This document shows, one piece after another, positions 39,370 to 48,647 of a stretch of DNA of 64,000 nt. Within the stretch, counting starts at the first letter, position 1, and the number at the start of each line of letters is the position of its first letter. The translations under genes were made by a program, and so were the position numbers. This stretch comes from an uncultured Candidatus Actinomarinales bacterium (lineage in GTDB: Bacteria > Actinomycetota > Acidimicrobiia > Actinomarinales > Actinomarinaceae), in the NCBI GenBank assembly GCA_963979435.1, contig CAXBVE010000002.1, forward strand, positions 11,138 through 75,137, in the 5' to 3' direction. The notes beneath the pieces were generated by a model. The model was not told where the DNA came from, did no database searches, and saw nothing but the letters and a program-made list of their open reading frames with translations.

Positions 39370-40349
39370 GATTCTTTCCTTATATTTTCTCTTATAGAGT
39401 TGAGATAAAGACCAACAGTAACCAATACACCACCAACTATGAACAATATAAGAGGTGGCCAAATATTATTTGGAAGCAATTCAGTTATTAGTCTTGGTAA
39501 ATTTATTATTAAACCTAGCCCCCCTATATAGAAAATGACTTGCTCTGAGAGCTGTATGCTTGTCCAAATGTAGATTAAAGAGCCAACGATTAGAACAAGA
39601 ATGTTAATAATTTTAAAATTTGAAAGTAAATCTTCAGTTATTGCAATAACTCCAATAGCTATATTCACTGAGGACAAGAAATAACCAAGCCAACTAGGTT
39701 GTAATAAATTGGAGTATGTATTTAATCCCCATATAAGTCCAACAACTGTTATGAATAAACCAATTCCCCAGGGTTCAACATTTCTTAGAAATAGATTTCC
39801 AATACTTCCAAGAAAAAATACAAGTGAATAAAACAAAGTAATATGTTGAAAGATTTCGACTGTTATTTTATACAAAAATCCTGAGTAAATTAAAACAATT
39901 GTTGAAGTAATCAAAATTGCAACATCTTCAGGAATATTAATGGAGCTGATATTTTCCAATATATTCAGAGTAAATATTATTACTGCTGTAAATGAGACAG
40001 TTGAGACAAAATATAAAAATGAAGAGATTCTTTCACTGCTTTTGAAAATAAATAATTTATTTTTATCAATTTGTTGACTATAACCGGCTGCATAAAACAA
40101 AAAACATGTTGTCACAATCAAGAGGATAAGCTGAGCCCAATAAGAGAGATTAGTCCAAATTAGAGGCAGAGTTCCAAGCAAACCAGATAGTAGAAAGAAA
40201 CCTCCAATTAAAGTTATAGCTCTTGCAACCTTAGATTTTTGTGAAAGGTTATTATTTTCGTCAAATTTTATTATTTTTTCGTAAATTTCAGTATCTAAAA
40301 CTTCATTTTCAAGCAGGTTGTCCAAAAATTTGGTAATTTTGTTATCCAT
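39366..40349 (-). CDS. Hypothetical polytopic membrane protein (~8 TM, soluble N-terminal domain)
   Basis: 327 aa; hydrophilic N-terminal ~45 aa followed by multiple hydrophobic helices; stop overlaps the start of the downstream gene (cTTGAa). Confidence 0.6.
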   Translation of the reverse strand: MDNKITKFLDNLLENEVLDTEIYEKIIKFDENNNLSQKSKVARAITLIGGFFLLSGLLGTLPLIWTNLSYWAQLILLIVTTCFLFYAAGYSQQIDKNKLFIFKSSERISSFLYFVSTVSFTAVIIFTLNILENISSINIPEDVAILITSTIVLIYSGFLYKITVEIFQHITLFYSLVFFLGSIGNLFLRNVEPWGIGLFITVVGLIWGLNTYSNLLQPSWLGYFLSSVNIAIGVIAITEDLLSNFKIINILVLIVGSLIYIWTSIQLSEQVIFYIGGLGLIINLPRLITELLPNNIWPPLILFIVGGVLVTVGLYLNSIRENIRKES

Positions 40350-40371
40350 AAGATTATCATAATGATTTAAG

Positions 40372-40400
40372 ATTTCATCTCACTAATTTTTCTATATAAT
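40372..40400 (+). promoter_or_regulatory. Putative promoter of the tRNA-Tyr/Thr/Met-rpmG cluster
   Basis: Perfect TATAAT at 40395-40400, 28 nt before tRNA-Tyr; weak -35 (TTTCAT) at appropriate spacing. Confidence 0.4.
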
Positions 40401-40428
40401 CTAAACTTTAAAGAGACTTTATTGTTAC

Positions 40429-40510
40429 GCCGAGATGCCCGAGCGGCCAAAGGGAGCAGACTGTAAATCTGCCGGTTATGCCTTCGTAGGTTCGAATCCT
40501 ACTCTCGGCA
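40429..40510 (+). tRNA. tRNA-Tyr (GTA), long variable arm
   Basis: Manual fold: acceptor GCCGAGA/TCTCGGC, anticodon loop cTGTAaa, T-arm GTAGGTTCGAATCCTAC. Confidence 0.85.
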
Positions 40511-40513
40511 CTG

Positions 40514-40586
40514 GCCCTCTTAGCTCAGTTGGTAGAGCACTTCCATGGTAAGGAAGAGGTCTCCGGTTCAAATCCGGAAGAGGGCT
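40514..40586 (+). tRNA. tRNA-Thr (GGT)
   Basis: Acceptor GCCCTCT/AGAGGGC, D-arm GCTCAGTTGGTAGAGC, anticodon loop atGGTaa, T-arm TCCGGTTCAAATCCGGA. Confidence 0.85.
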
Positions 40587-40609
40587 CAGTAGATGACAAT
40601 AAGTTAGAT

Positions 40610-40683
40610 GGCGGCGTAGCTCAGTTGGTAAGAGCGCACGACTCATAATCGTGAGGTCGGCAGTTCGAGTCTGCCCGCCGCTA
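40610..40683 (+). tRNA. tRNA-Met (CAT), elongator type
   Basis: Acceptor GGCGGCG/CGCCGCT, anticodon loop ctCATaa, T-arm GGCAGTTCGAGTCTGCC. Confidence 0.8.
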
Positions 40684-40702
40684 CTCAAAGAAAGGATAAG
40701 TA

Positions 40703-40864
40703 ATGGCTTCTGATAAGAGACCACCACTAACTATGGTGTGCACAGAGTGTAAAGCTCAGAATTATGTTACAACAAAAAATAAGACTAATGTGCCTGACAG
40801 AATGGAATTTAAAAAATATTGTTCCAAATGTAGAAAGCATATTTTACATAGAGAAAAAAGGTAG
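40703..40864 (+). CDS. rpmG: 50S ribosomal protein L33
   Basis: 53-aa [53 protein letters not shown] with the Cys4 zinc ribbon; not in the ORF track (below its size cutoff). Confidence 0.85.
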   Translation: MASDKRPPLTMVCTECKAQNYVTTKNKTNVPDRMEFKKYCSKCRKHILHREKR

Positions 40865-40897
40865 AAATATCTCAATTTCTCTTTATTCTTAACATAG

Positions 40898-41482
40898 ATG
40901 AATAACGTAACAAAAATTAATAACTTTAATGAAGACACGTCTAATTCAGAGCTGGTACAAAAATCCCAAGCAGGGGACAAAGTTGCTTTTGAAATGTTGG
41001 TACATCGACACCAAGATTTAGTATTTTCTTTGGCATTCAAACTTACTGGAAACAAAGAGCTTGCTAATGATGTAGGGCAAGAAGCTTTCATAAGGGCATG
41101 GAAAGCAATTGATAAATTTAGAGGTGATTCAACATTCAGCACATGGATATACAGGATCACTGTAAATACAGCTTGGACGTTAAGAAAAAAAGCTAAAAAG
41201 CATTATTCACTAAATATCGAAGATACTCAAGAACCCATAGTCATTGATGAAAAAAATGATCCGGAGTTAATCGCAATAAATTCAGATTTATCTTCAGTAC
41301 TAAGAAAAGCGTTAGACCAAATTCCACTAGAACAAAGAATTATTGTTGAGTTGAAAAATATAGAAGGTAGATCACATAAAGAAATAGCAGAGTATTTAGA
41401 CATAAGTGTGACTGCAGCAAAAGTAAGACTTCATAGAGCACATCAAAAACTAAGAACTATTTTGGAGGATGTAGAGGCATGA
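40898..41482 (+). CDS. ECF (sigma-70 family) RNA polymerase sigma factor
   Basis: Region 2 (…LVFSLAFKLTGNKELANDVGQEAFIRAWKAIDKF…) and region 4 (…SHKEIAEYLDISVTAAKVRLHRAHQKL…). Confidence 0.85.
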   Translation: MNNVTKINNFNEDTSNSELVQKSQAGDKVAFEMLVHRHQDLVFSLAFKLTGNKELANDVGQEAFIRAWKAIDKFRGDSTFSTWIYRITVNTAWTLRKKAKKHYSLNIEDTQEPIVIDEKNDPELIAINSDLSSVLRKALDQIPLEQRIIVELKNIEGRSHKEIAEYLDISVTAAKVRLHRAHQKLRTILEDVEA

Positions 41483-41850
41483 AAGAAATTTTAAAAAACC
41501 TAAAGTACCAAGCTGTGTGCAGAAGGAAAAGAAATCAAATGATAAAAACCTATCTCAATGGAGTTTATTTTCAGTTTGATTCTGATAACCATGTCCAATA
41601 CTGCTTAAAATGTCAGACAGCAGGCAAGAGATATAGAGCTTTTAGAGAGGAACTTGAAAATGAAGTACAAGTTGATATTGAAGCCCCAGAGGACTTCACA
41701 TCACGGGTCATGTCTTCTTTAGATAAAAAAGTAAAAACTACTACTAATAAAGGTACAAAAATAATATTATTGACACTACTTGGATTAATGTCTTTAGTAA
41801 TATTGGTCTTTGGGTTAAAGCGCTCATCTAATGAGTTAGACAAAGAGTAA
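41479..41850 (+). CDS. Membrane-anchored ZAS-type anti-sigma factor
   Basis: Overlaps the sigma gene's stop; HVQYCLKCQ = HxxxCxxC zinc-binding anti-sigma motif; C-terminal TM helix IILLTLLGLMSLVILVFGL. Confidence 0.7.
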   Translation: MKEILKNLKYQAVCRRKRNQMIKTYLNGVYFQFDSDNHVQYCLKCQTAGKRYRAFREELENEVQVDIEAPEDFTSRVMSSLDKKVKTTTNKGTKIILLTLLGLMSLVILVFGLKRSSNELDKE

Positions 41851-41854
41851 ACTT

Positions 41855-41928
41855 AGGGGTGTAGCTCTAATTGGCAGAGCGCGGGTCTCCAAAACCTGAG
41901 GTTGTGAGTTCGAGTCTCACCGCCCCTG
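41855..41928 (+). tRNA. tRNA-Trp (CCA)
   Basis: Acceptor AGGGGTG/CGCCCCT, anticodon loop ctCCAaa, T-arm GTGAGTTCGAGTCTCAC; sits immediately upstream of secE, as is typical in actinobacteria. Confidence 0.85.
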
Positions 41929-41941
41929 CAAAAGGAAAATT

Positions 41942-42244
41942 ATGAATGAAATGAATAGAGAAATGAGAAGAATGTCAGAGCGTGAAGAACGCCTGGCAAA
42001 AAAAGCAGACAGAAATGTTGGCAAGTTTAGTAATGAGGAAAAGGTTTCTAGATTCAAAAGAATCTCCATTTACCTTGGTGAAGTCAGAACTGAATTAAAA
42101 AGAGTAAATTGGCCAACTGTTGATACCTTGACTACATTTACCGTAGTAACAATAGTAACTATCATTTCGATGACGTTATTAATTTTCGGAATGGACTTTG
42201 GTTTTAAAAATACTTTGATTAGCCTGTTATCTTCTGGAGGATAG
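41942..42244 (+). CDS. secE: Preprotein translocase subunit SecE
   Basis: …ELKRVNWPT… motif and a single C-terminal TM helix; precedes nusG. Confidence 0.88.
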   Translation: MNEMNREMRRMSEREERLAKKADRNVGKFSNEEKVSRFKRISIYLGEVRTELKRVNWPTVDTLTTFTVVTIVTIISMTLLIFGMDFGFKNTLISLLSSGG

Positions 42245-42249
42245 AAATA

Positions 42250-42864
42250 ATGAATGATGAAATTTTAGTTGAAGAGACTGAAGAAGTCTTAGAAGATTTT
42301 AGTGCAAATCTGCACCCGTATGATCTTCCAGGGGAATGGTTTGTTTTGAATGCTCAATCCGGACATGAAAAGAAGGTTCGAACGAACATACTTACTCGTA
42401 TTAAAAACTTACATTTAGACGATAAAGTTTATGACGTAGTTATTCCCACTGACGAAGTAGTAGAAATAAGAAATGGTAAAAAAGTTAATGTAGAGAAGAA
42501 GACATTTCCAGGATATGTATTAGTAAGAATGGACTTAGATGACACTACATGGTACGAAATTCGTAACACACCATCTATTATAGGTTTTGTTGGATCCGGA
42601 AAGTTACCAGTTTCATTATCTAGACGAGAAATTGAAAGAATTCTAGGATCTAATGAAGAAGTTGAAGTTAAAAAAGAGTCACCAAAATTCAAACCAGATT
42701 TTGAAGTTGCAGAAACTGTAAGAGTTACTACAGGACCTTTTGCTGACTTTAATGGAATAATTGAAGAAATTAACTTAGATCAATCAAAAGTTACAGTACT
42801 AGTTAACATATTTGGACGTGAAACTCCAGTTGAACTGGGTTTCACAGATATTGTTAAGAATTAA
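42250..42864 (+). CDS. nusG: Transcription termination/antitermination factor NusG
   Basis: N-terminal NGN domain and C-terminal KOW domain; conserved secE-nusG-rplK order. Confidence 0.9.
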   Translation: MNDEILVEETEEVLEDFSANLHPYDLPGEWFVLNAQSGHEKKVRTNILTRIKNLHLDDKVYDVVIPTDEVVEIRNGKKVNVEKKTFPGYVLVRMDLDDTTWYEIRNTPSIIGFVGSGKLPVSLSRREIERILGSNEEVEVKKESPKFKPDFEVAETVRVTTGPFADFNGIIEEINLDQSKVTVLVNIFGRETPVELGFTDIVKN

Positions 42865-42874
42865 GGGATAAAAA

Positions 42875-43300
42875 ATGGCTAAAGAAGTAAAAGCGAAATT
42901 AAAACTACAAATTCCTGGAGGGGGAGCTACACCAGCACCACCTGTTGGTTCAGCATTGGGACAATATGGAGTAAACATTATGGACTTTGTCCAAGCTTTT
43001 AATAATGATACATCAAGTAGACAAGGTGAAACAGTCCCTGTTGAGATTACAATATTTGAAGATAATTCATTTACCTTTGAAACAAAAACAGCTCCAGCAT
43101 CATATTTAATTAAAAAGGCTATTGGACTAGAGTCTGGTTCAGCTGAACCACACAAAGTGAAAGTAGCATCTATAACCAGAGACCAACTTAAAAATATTGC
43201 TGAAGCAAAAATGGTAGATTTAAATGCTAATGATATAGATATGGCAATAAATATTATTGCTGGTACTGCTAGATCAATGGGCGTTACAGTAGAAAGTTAA
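42875..43300 (+). CDS. rplK: 50S ribosomal protein L11
   Basis: …[29 protein letters not shown]…. Confidence 0.95.
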   Translation: MAKEVKAKLKLQIPGGGATPAPPVGSALGQYGVNIMDFVQAFNNDTSSRQGETVPVEITIFEDNSFTFETKTAPASYLIKKAIGLESGSAEPHKVKVASITRDQLKNIAEAKMVDLNANDIDMAINIIAGTARSMGVTVES

Positions 43301-43346
43301 AAAATATATTTGGGAGACTTAGGTCGTTTGAACCAAAAGGAGAAAT

Positions 43347-44033
43347 ATGAAAAAATACGGTAAAAAATACAACGAAGTGAAAAAAAATATGCCTGAATCG
43401 AAACAGAGCCTATTAGATGCCCTTACGATCTGTAAAGAAAACTCAACTGCAAATTTTGACGAATCTATTGATGCAGTTTTTTCATTAGGAATTGATACAA
43501 AAGTTGTGGAAGAAAATATAAGAACTACGGTTTCATTACCTCATGGAAATGGTAAAAGTATCAAAATTGCTGTATTTGCCGGTGGGGAAGCTTTAACAGA
43601 AGCTGAGAATGCTGGTGCAGATATTGTAGGAGGTAAAGAGTTAGCTACAAAGGTTGCGTCAGAAGAAAAACTTGATGTAGATTTAGTTATTTCAACACCA
43701 GAAATGATGGCTGATGTTGGACAACTTGGAAAAATCTTAGGTCCTAAGGGCCTAATGCCGAATCCTAAAACAGGAACTGTAACTCCAAATGTTGCAAAAG
43801 CCGTTGAAGATTTCAAAAAAGGAAAAGTCGAAATTAAAAATGACAAATTGGGGAATGTTCATCTATCTATCGGAAAAGTATCATTCACTGCAGAAGATTT
43901 AAAAACAAATCTTGAAGAAGTTATCGCTGTAATTACTAGAGCTAAACCCGCTTCCTCAAAGGGAGAGTACATTAAGTCAATGTATATATCCTCTACAATG
44001 GGGCCGTCAGTTAGCGTAGATATTAATCTATAA
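43347..44033 (+). CDS. rplA: 50S ribosomal protein L1
   Basis: 228 aa, …LGKILGPKGLMPNPKTGTVT…. Confidence 0.95.
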   Translation: MKKYGKKYNEVKKNMPESKQSLLDALTICKENSTANFDESIDAVFSLGIDTKVVEENIRTTVSLPHGNGKSIKIAVFAGGEALTEAENAGADIVGGKELATKVASEEKLDVDLVISTPEMMADVGQLGKILGPKGLMPNPKTGTVTPNVAKAVEDFKKGKVEIKNDKLGNVHLSIGKVSFTAEDLKTNLEEVIAVITRAKPASSKGEYIKSMYISSTMGPSVSVDINL

Positions 44034-44139
44034 ATTTATTTGCTGATAAATTCAATTGAGCTATATTGTTTAGATACAACTTAAACCAAAGACCGATAGT
44101 AGGAAACTTTAAACATCTATCGCAGGTAAATTGCCTAGT

Positions 44140-44162
44140 CCTTGGTTTGCAAGGATTTTTTT
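44140..44162 (+). promoter_or_regulatory. rplJ leader hairpin plus U-tract (candidate L10(L12)4 autoregulatory/attenuator element)
   Basis: CCTTG-GTTTG-CAAGG stem-loop followed by ATTTTTTT, ending 1 nt before the rplJ ATG; no Shine-Dalgarno sequence is visible. Confidence 0.4.
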
Positions 44163-44759
44163 ATGGTTAGACAAGATAAAGCAGATAAAGTAAAAGAGCT
44201 AGAAGAGCTATTCAGTTCTGCAAACGCATTAGTTTTAGCTGAATACCGTGGATTGACTGTAACTGAACAAACAAAACTTAGAAGAGAACTAAAAAATGCA
44301 GGTGCAACTTTTAATGTAGTGAAAATGTCTCTCGCTAAAAGAGCTGCTGAGAACATTGGATATGAATCTATACTAGAACATTTTGCAGGTCCTACTGGAG
44401 TTGCCGTTATAGAGTCCGACCCGGTTGAGGCCGCCAAAGTACTTAAACAATTTTCCAAAGACTATGATTCATTTGTTGTTAAGGGTGGATTAATGGAGTC
44501 TGAGCCATTAACAATTGATCAAATTAACATTCTTGCATCTATAGAAACTAGAGACGTTCTCTTAGCCAAGATTGCAGGAGGATTCAATTCACCTTTGACG
44601 AAAATGGCATTAGGTCTAAAAGGAGTATTAAGCAAATCTGGGTATGCTTTTAAAGCATTGCTTGATATGAAAGAAGCAAATCCAGAAACAAGTTCAGAAG
44701 CTAAAGAATCTGATTCTTCTAAAGAAGATTCAGAGGATGTAATTAAAGAGGAGGAATAA
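44163..44759 (+). CDS. rplJ: 50S ribosomal protein L10
   Basis: Start moved to the internal ATG ([10 protein letters not shown]…), downstream of the leader hairpin; acidic C-terminal tail. Confidence 0.9.
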   Translation: MVRQDKADKVKELEELFSSANALVLAEYRGLTVTEQTKLRRELKNAGATFNVVKMSLAKRAAENIGYESILEHFAGPTGVAVIESDPVEAAKVLKQFSKDYDSFVVKGGLMESEPLTIDQINILASIETRDVLLAKIAGGFNSPLTKMALGLKGVLSKSGYAFKALLDMKEANPETSSEAKESDSSKEDSEDVIKEEE

Positions 44760-44761
44760 CA

Positions 44762-45142
44762 ATGGCAAAAATGACAACAGAAGAGTTGTTATCTGTCTTT
44801 GAAGAAATGTCAGTTTTAGAATTGAAAGAATTCTTAGACTCATTTGAAGAGAAGTTTGATGTTACTGCAGCAGCTCCGGTAGCTGTGGCAGCAGCTCCAG
44901 CAGGTGGAGATGGCGGATCAGAAGAAGCTAAAGATTCTTTTGATGTTGTTCTAACAGAAGCTGGCGGACAGAAAATACAAGTTATTAAAGAAGTAAGAGG
45001 ACTAACCAGTCTTGGTTTGAAAGAAGCCAAAGAACTCGTTGACGGTGCTCCATCTGACATACTTAAAGGTGCTTCAAAAGAAGATGCTGATAAAGCAAAA
45101 GAAGCTCTTGAAGGTGCTGGCGCTACCGTAGAACTCAAATAA
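44762..45142 (+). CDS. rplL: 50S ribosomal protein L7/L12
   Basis: Ala-rich hinge and conserved C-terminal domain …[11 protein letters not shown]…. Confidence 0.95.
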   Translation: MAKMTTEELLSVFEEMSVLELKEFLDSFEEKFDVTAAAPVAVAAAPAGGDGGSEEAKDSFDVVLTEAGGQKIQVIKEVRGLTSLGLKEAKELVDGAPSDILKGASKEDADKAKEALEGAGATVELK

Positions 45143-45222
45143 TTAACATTATTTGTTTGCTTAAATAAGAAGTACTTATATACTTTACCCTTCGGGTTAT
45201 CGTATTTTATTTTTGAGGAGGC

Positions 45223-48200
45223 TTGTTGTCCGCTGTTCAGAATTCTAGACTTTCGTTTGCAAGAACTAAAGGTTTGGAGATTCCAGATTTATTAAATATA
45301 CAAAAAGATTCATTTAAAAAGTTTCTAGACGAAGGTCTGTCCGAGATTCTTAATGAAATCTCACCTATTAAAGACTTTTCAGGACGTTTCAAACTAGAGT
45401 TCCTAGAACACTTTTTTGAACCACCAATGAAAAGTTTAGAAGAATGTAAGATAACAGACTCTACATATTCTCAACCCTTATATGTAATTGCTGAATTTAC
45501 AGATGCTGAAACTTATCAGCAAAAAAGAGAAACCGTATTTCTTGGAGATTTCCCAATCATGACCGATACAGGTTCTTTCGTCATTAATGGGACAGAGAGA
45601 GTCATAGTAAGCCAACTTGTACGTTCTCCTGGTGTATATTTTTCAAAAGAAATTGATAAGACTTCAGATAAAGATCTTTATATTGGAAAAATGATTCCCG
45701 GTAGAGGTGCATGGTTAGAATTTGACACAGACAAGAGAGATACAATTGGTGTACGTGTTGATAGAAAAAGAAGACAGCATATTACAGCATTTTTAAGAGC
45801 GCTTTACGCTGTGGATCCAACTCAATGGGAGAAATATAAAATTGAGACAAAAGAAGATGCAATTAACATTTTTGGAGACTTTCCTTCAATCCAAAATACA
45901 ATTGAAAGAGATCCAGATCCTTCACCAGAGGCAGCCTTAATAGACTTATATAGAAAACTACGTCCCGGTGAACCGGCAACAGTTGAGTCAGCAAGAAACT
46001 TGATTAAGCAAATGTTCTATACCGAAAAAAGATATGATTTATCAAAAGTCGGTAGATATAAAGTAGAGCAAAAATTAGGTAGAGATTATAGCGAAAAAGA
46101 TCAAAAACAATACACAGCAGAGGTTGATGGAATGTTGAGGATCGATGACATGATTGATTCAATCAAATATGTTATAGCTCTTCATGCAAAAGAAGAAACT
46201 ATGACTAACAATCTTGGTAAAGATATAAAAGTAAGACTCGATGATATTGATCACTTTTCTAACAGAAGAATAAGAACTGTTGGGGAACTTGTTCAAAATC
46301 AGGTGAGAGTAGGATTGAGCAGACTTGAAAGAGTTGTAAGAGAAAGAATGACAACTCAAGAACCGGATGCGATAAAGCCACAATCACTTATCAACATCAG
46401 ACCTATTCAAGCAGCACTTAAAGAATTTTTTGGTACAAGTCAGTTGAGCCAGTTTATGGATCAACCTAACCCAATTGCAGCATTAACTCATAGAAGGAGG
46501 CTCTCAGCCTTAGGACCAGGTGGTCTCTCTAGAGAAAGAGCCGGTTTCGAAGTTAGAGACGTTCACCCTTCCCATTACGGAAGAATGTGTCCTATCGAAA
46601 CTCCAGAAGGTCCAAACATTGGATTAATTGGAACATTAGCTACTTACGGAAGAATCAATGATTTTGGTTTTATCGAGACTCCATACTGGAAAGTAGAGAA
46701 TGGTGTTGTTAAGACAAACAAAGAAGTTTATCTTACTGCTCATGACGAAAATGATGTGACTATTGCACAAGCTAACGCTCCACTTAACGATGATGGTACA
46801 TTCAAAAATAAACGAGTTTTATGCAGGAAAACAGATGGTGAAGTTGCCTTCGTTTCAGATAAAGAAATTGATTACATGGACGTAAGTCCAAAACAGATTT
46901 GTTCTGTCACAACAGCTTTAATTCCATTTTTAGAACATGATGATGCTAACAGAGCACTTATGGGTTCTAACATGCAAAGACAAGCAGTTCCACTTGTTAC
47001 AACTGAAGCTCCATATGTTGGTACGGGAATGGAAGAGAATGTTGCCAGAGATTCTGGTGAAGCTTTAATTTCACCTGTTTCAGGAGAGGTCGTCAATGTC
47101 TCAGGAGATGAGATAGTCCTTAAAGAGAAAGAAACTAATAAAAAGCATACATTTGAAGTTCAAAAGTTTAAGAGATCAAACCAAGCGACTTCTGCAAATC
47201 AAAAACCACTTGTAAAGGTTGGAACAAAAGTTAAACCTGGTGATGTCTTGGCAGATGGACCTAGCACCCAAGGAGGAGAGCTTGCTTTAGGTAAGAACCT
47301 CTTAGTTGCTTACATGCCGTGGGATGGTTACAACTTTGAAGACTCAATTGTTATATCAGAAAGATTAGTAAAAGAAGATGTTTTAACATCTGTCCATATT
47401 GCTGAGCATGAAATAGAAGCTCGTGATACAAAATTAGGGGAAGAAGAAATCACTCGAGATATTCCTAATGTTGCAGAAGAAGTGTTAATGGATTTAGATG
47501 AAATGGGAATTGTAAGAATAGGTGCTGAAGTCACACCTGGAGATTATTTGGTAGGCAAAGTCACACCAAAAGGTGAAACAGAACTTACCCCAGAAGAAAG
47601 ACTATTAAGAGCTATTTTTGGTGAGAAAGCAAGAGAAGTAAGAGACACCTCTCTTAGGGTTCCTCACGGACAAAAAGGAAAAGTTATTGATGTGCAAATT
47701 CTCGATAGAGAAAATGGAGAAGATCTTCCCCCAGGAGTAAACAAAAAAGTACGAGTTTACGTAGCTATCCAAAGAAAAATTCAAGTTGGAGACAAGCTTT
47801 CTGGAAGACATGGTAACAAAGGTGTTATTTCAAAAATAAATGCTATTGAAGATATGCCATTTATGGAAGATGGAACTCCAGTAGATATTCTATTATCTCC
47901 ATTAGGTGTACCAAGTCGTATGAATTTAGGGCAAGTATTAGAAACTCACTTAGGTTGGGCAGCTGATCAAGGTTGGGGAGAATATAAAGGTGATACTCTT
48001 GCCTCCAAAGGAGCGAAACCAGGGACATTAATAAGCACTCCTGTATTTGATGGAGCTGATGAAGATGAAATCCACAAAATACTGGAAAATGTAAATGAAA
48101 ATAGAGATGGAATACAAATGGTTAACACTGATGGAAAAACCACATTATATGATGGTCGCACCGGAGAAGCCTTTGATTCAAAAATCACTGTTGGGTACAC

Positions 48201-48642
48201 ATATATATTGAAACTAATTCACTTGGTAGATGAAAAGATACACGCAAGGTCAACTGGTCCTTATTCAATGATTACACAACAACCTCTTGGTGGTAAAGCA
48301 CAATTTGGTGGTCAGAGATTTGGAGAAATGGAAGTTTGGGCTCTAGAAGCATATGGTGCTAGTTACGCATTGCAAGAACTTCTTACAATTAAATCAGACG
48401 ACACTGTTGGAAGAGTTAAGGTATACGAATCAATTGTTAAGGGTGACAATATTCCTGAACCAGGAATACCAGAGTCTTTTAAGGTTTTATTAAAAGAAAT
48501 GCAAAGTTTGTGTTTAAACGTAGAAATTTTATCAGCTGGTGAAGAAATTTCAATGAAAGAAATTAGCGATGAATACGTCAAGACCGCAGAAACGCTTGGA
48601 ATTGATATGTCGAAACCAGAACAAGATGAACCGGAGTTATAG
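45223..48642 (+). CDS. rpoB: DNA-directed RNA polymerase subunit beta
   Basis: 1139 aa; TTG start after GAGGAGG; conserved RpoB blocks throughout. Confidence 0.97.
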   Translation: MLSAVQNSRLSFARTKGLEIPDLLNIQKDSFKKFLDEGLSEILNEISPIKDFSGRFKLEFLEHFFEPPMKSLEECKITDSTYSQPLYVIAEFTDAETYQQKRETVFLGDFPIMTDTGSFVINGTERVIVSQLVRSPGVYFSKEIDKTSDKDLYIGKMIPGRGAWLEFDTDKRDTIGVRVDRKRRQHITAFLRALYAVDPTQWEKYKIETKEDAINIFGDFPSIQNTIERDPDPSPEAALIDLYRKLRPGEPATVESARNLIKQMFYTEKRYDLSKVGRYKVEQKLGRDYSEKDQKQYTAEVDGMLRIDDMIDSIKYVIALHAKEETMTNNLGKDIKVRLDDIDHFSNRRIRTVGELVQNQVRVGLSRLERVVRERMTTQEPDAIKPQSLINIRPIQAALKEFFGTSQLSQFMDQPNPIAALTHRRRLSALGPGGLSRERAGFEVRDVHPSHYGRMCPIETPEGPNIGLIGTLATYGRINDFGFIETPYWKVENGVVKTNKEVYLTAHDENDVTIAQANAPLNDDGTFKNKRVLCRKTDGEVAFVSDKEIDYMDVSPKQICSVTTALIPFLEHDDANRALMGSNMQRQAVPLVTTEAPYVGTGMEENVARDSGEALISPVSGEVVNVSGDEIVLKEKETNKKHTFEVQKFKRSNQATSANQKPLVKVGTKVKPGDVLADGPSTQGGELALGKNLLVAYMPWDGYNFEDSIVISERLVKEDVLTSVHIAEHEIEARDTKLGEEEITRDIPNVAEEVLMDLDEMGIVRIGAEVTPGDYLVGKVTPKGETELTPEERLLRAIFGEKAREVRDTSLRVPHGQKGKVIDVQILDRENGEDLPPGVNKKVRVYVAIQRKIQVGDKLSGRHGNKGVISKINAIEDMPFMEDGTPVDILLSPLGVPSRMNLGQVLETHLGWAADQGWGEYKGDTLASKGAKPGTLISTPVFDGADEDEIHKILENVNENRDGIQMVNTDGKTTLYDGRTGEAFDSKITVGYTYILKLIHLVDEKIHARSTGPYSMITQQPLGGKAQFGGQRFGEMEVWALEAYGASYALQELLTIKSDDTVGRVKVYESIVKGDNIPEPGIPESFKVLLKEMQSLCLNVEILSAGEEISMKEISDEYVKTAETLGIDMSKPEQDEPEL

Positions 48643-48647
48643 GAATT

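Noticed and set aside
40476-40727. 83-aa minus-strand ORF
   Set aside because: Overlaps the three clearly folding tRNA genes and the rpmG start; it is an antisense artefact of GC-rich tRNA sequence.
40800-40897. SigH/SigR-type autoregulatory promoter (GGAAT-N18-GTT) upstream of the ECF sigma gene
   Set aside because: GGAAT is present at 40804-40808, but GTT follows at N12, not at N18-19; no convincing match.
40762-41160. 132-aa minus-strand ORF
   Set aside because: Antisense to rpmG and the ECF sigma gene; low-complexity sequence, no support.
40350-41940. Possible genomic island at the tRNA-Tyr/Thr/Met cluster (tRNAs are common integration sites)
   Set aside because: No integrase, no direct repeat of a tRNA 3' end, and the downstream genes (rpmG, tRNA-Trp, secE) are the conserved actinobacterial neighbours. 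The sigma/anti-sigma pair occupies a known variable slot rather than an integrated element.
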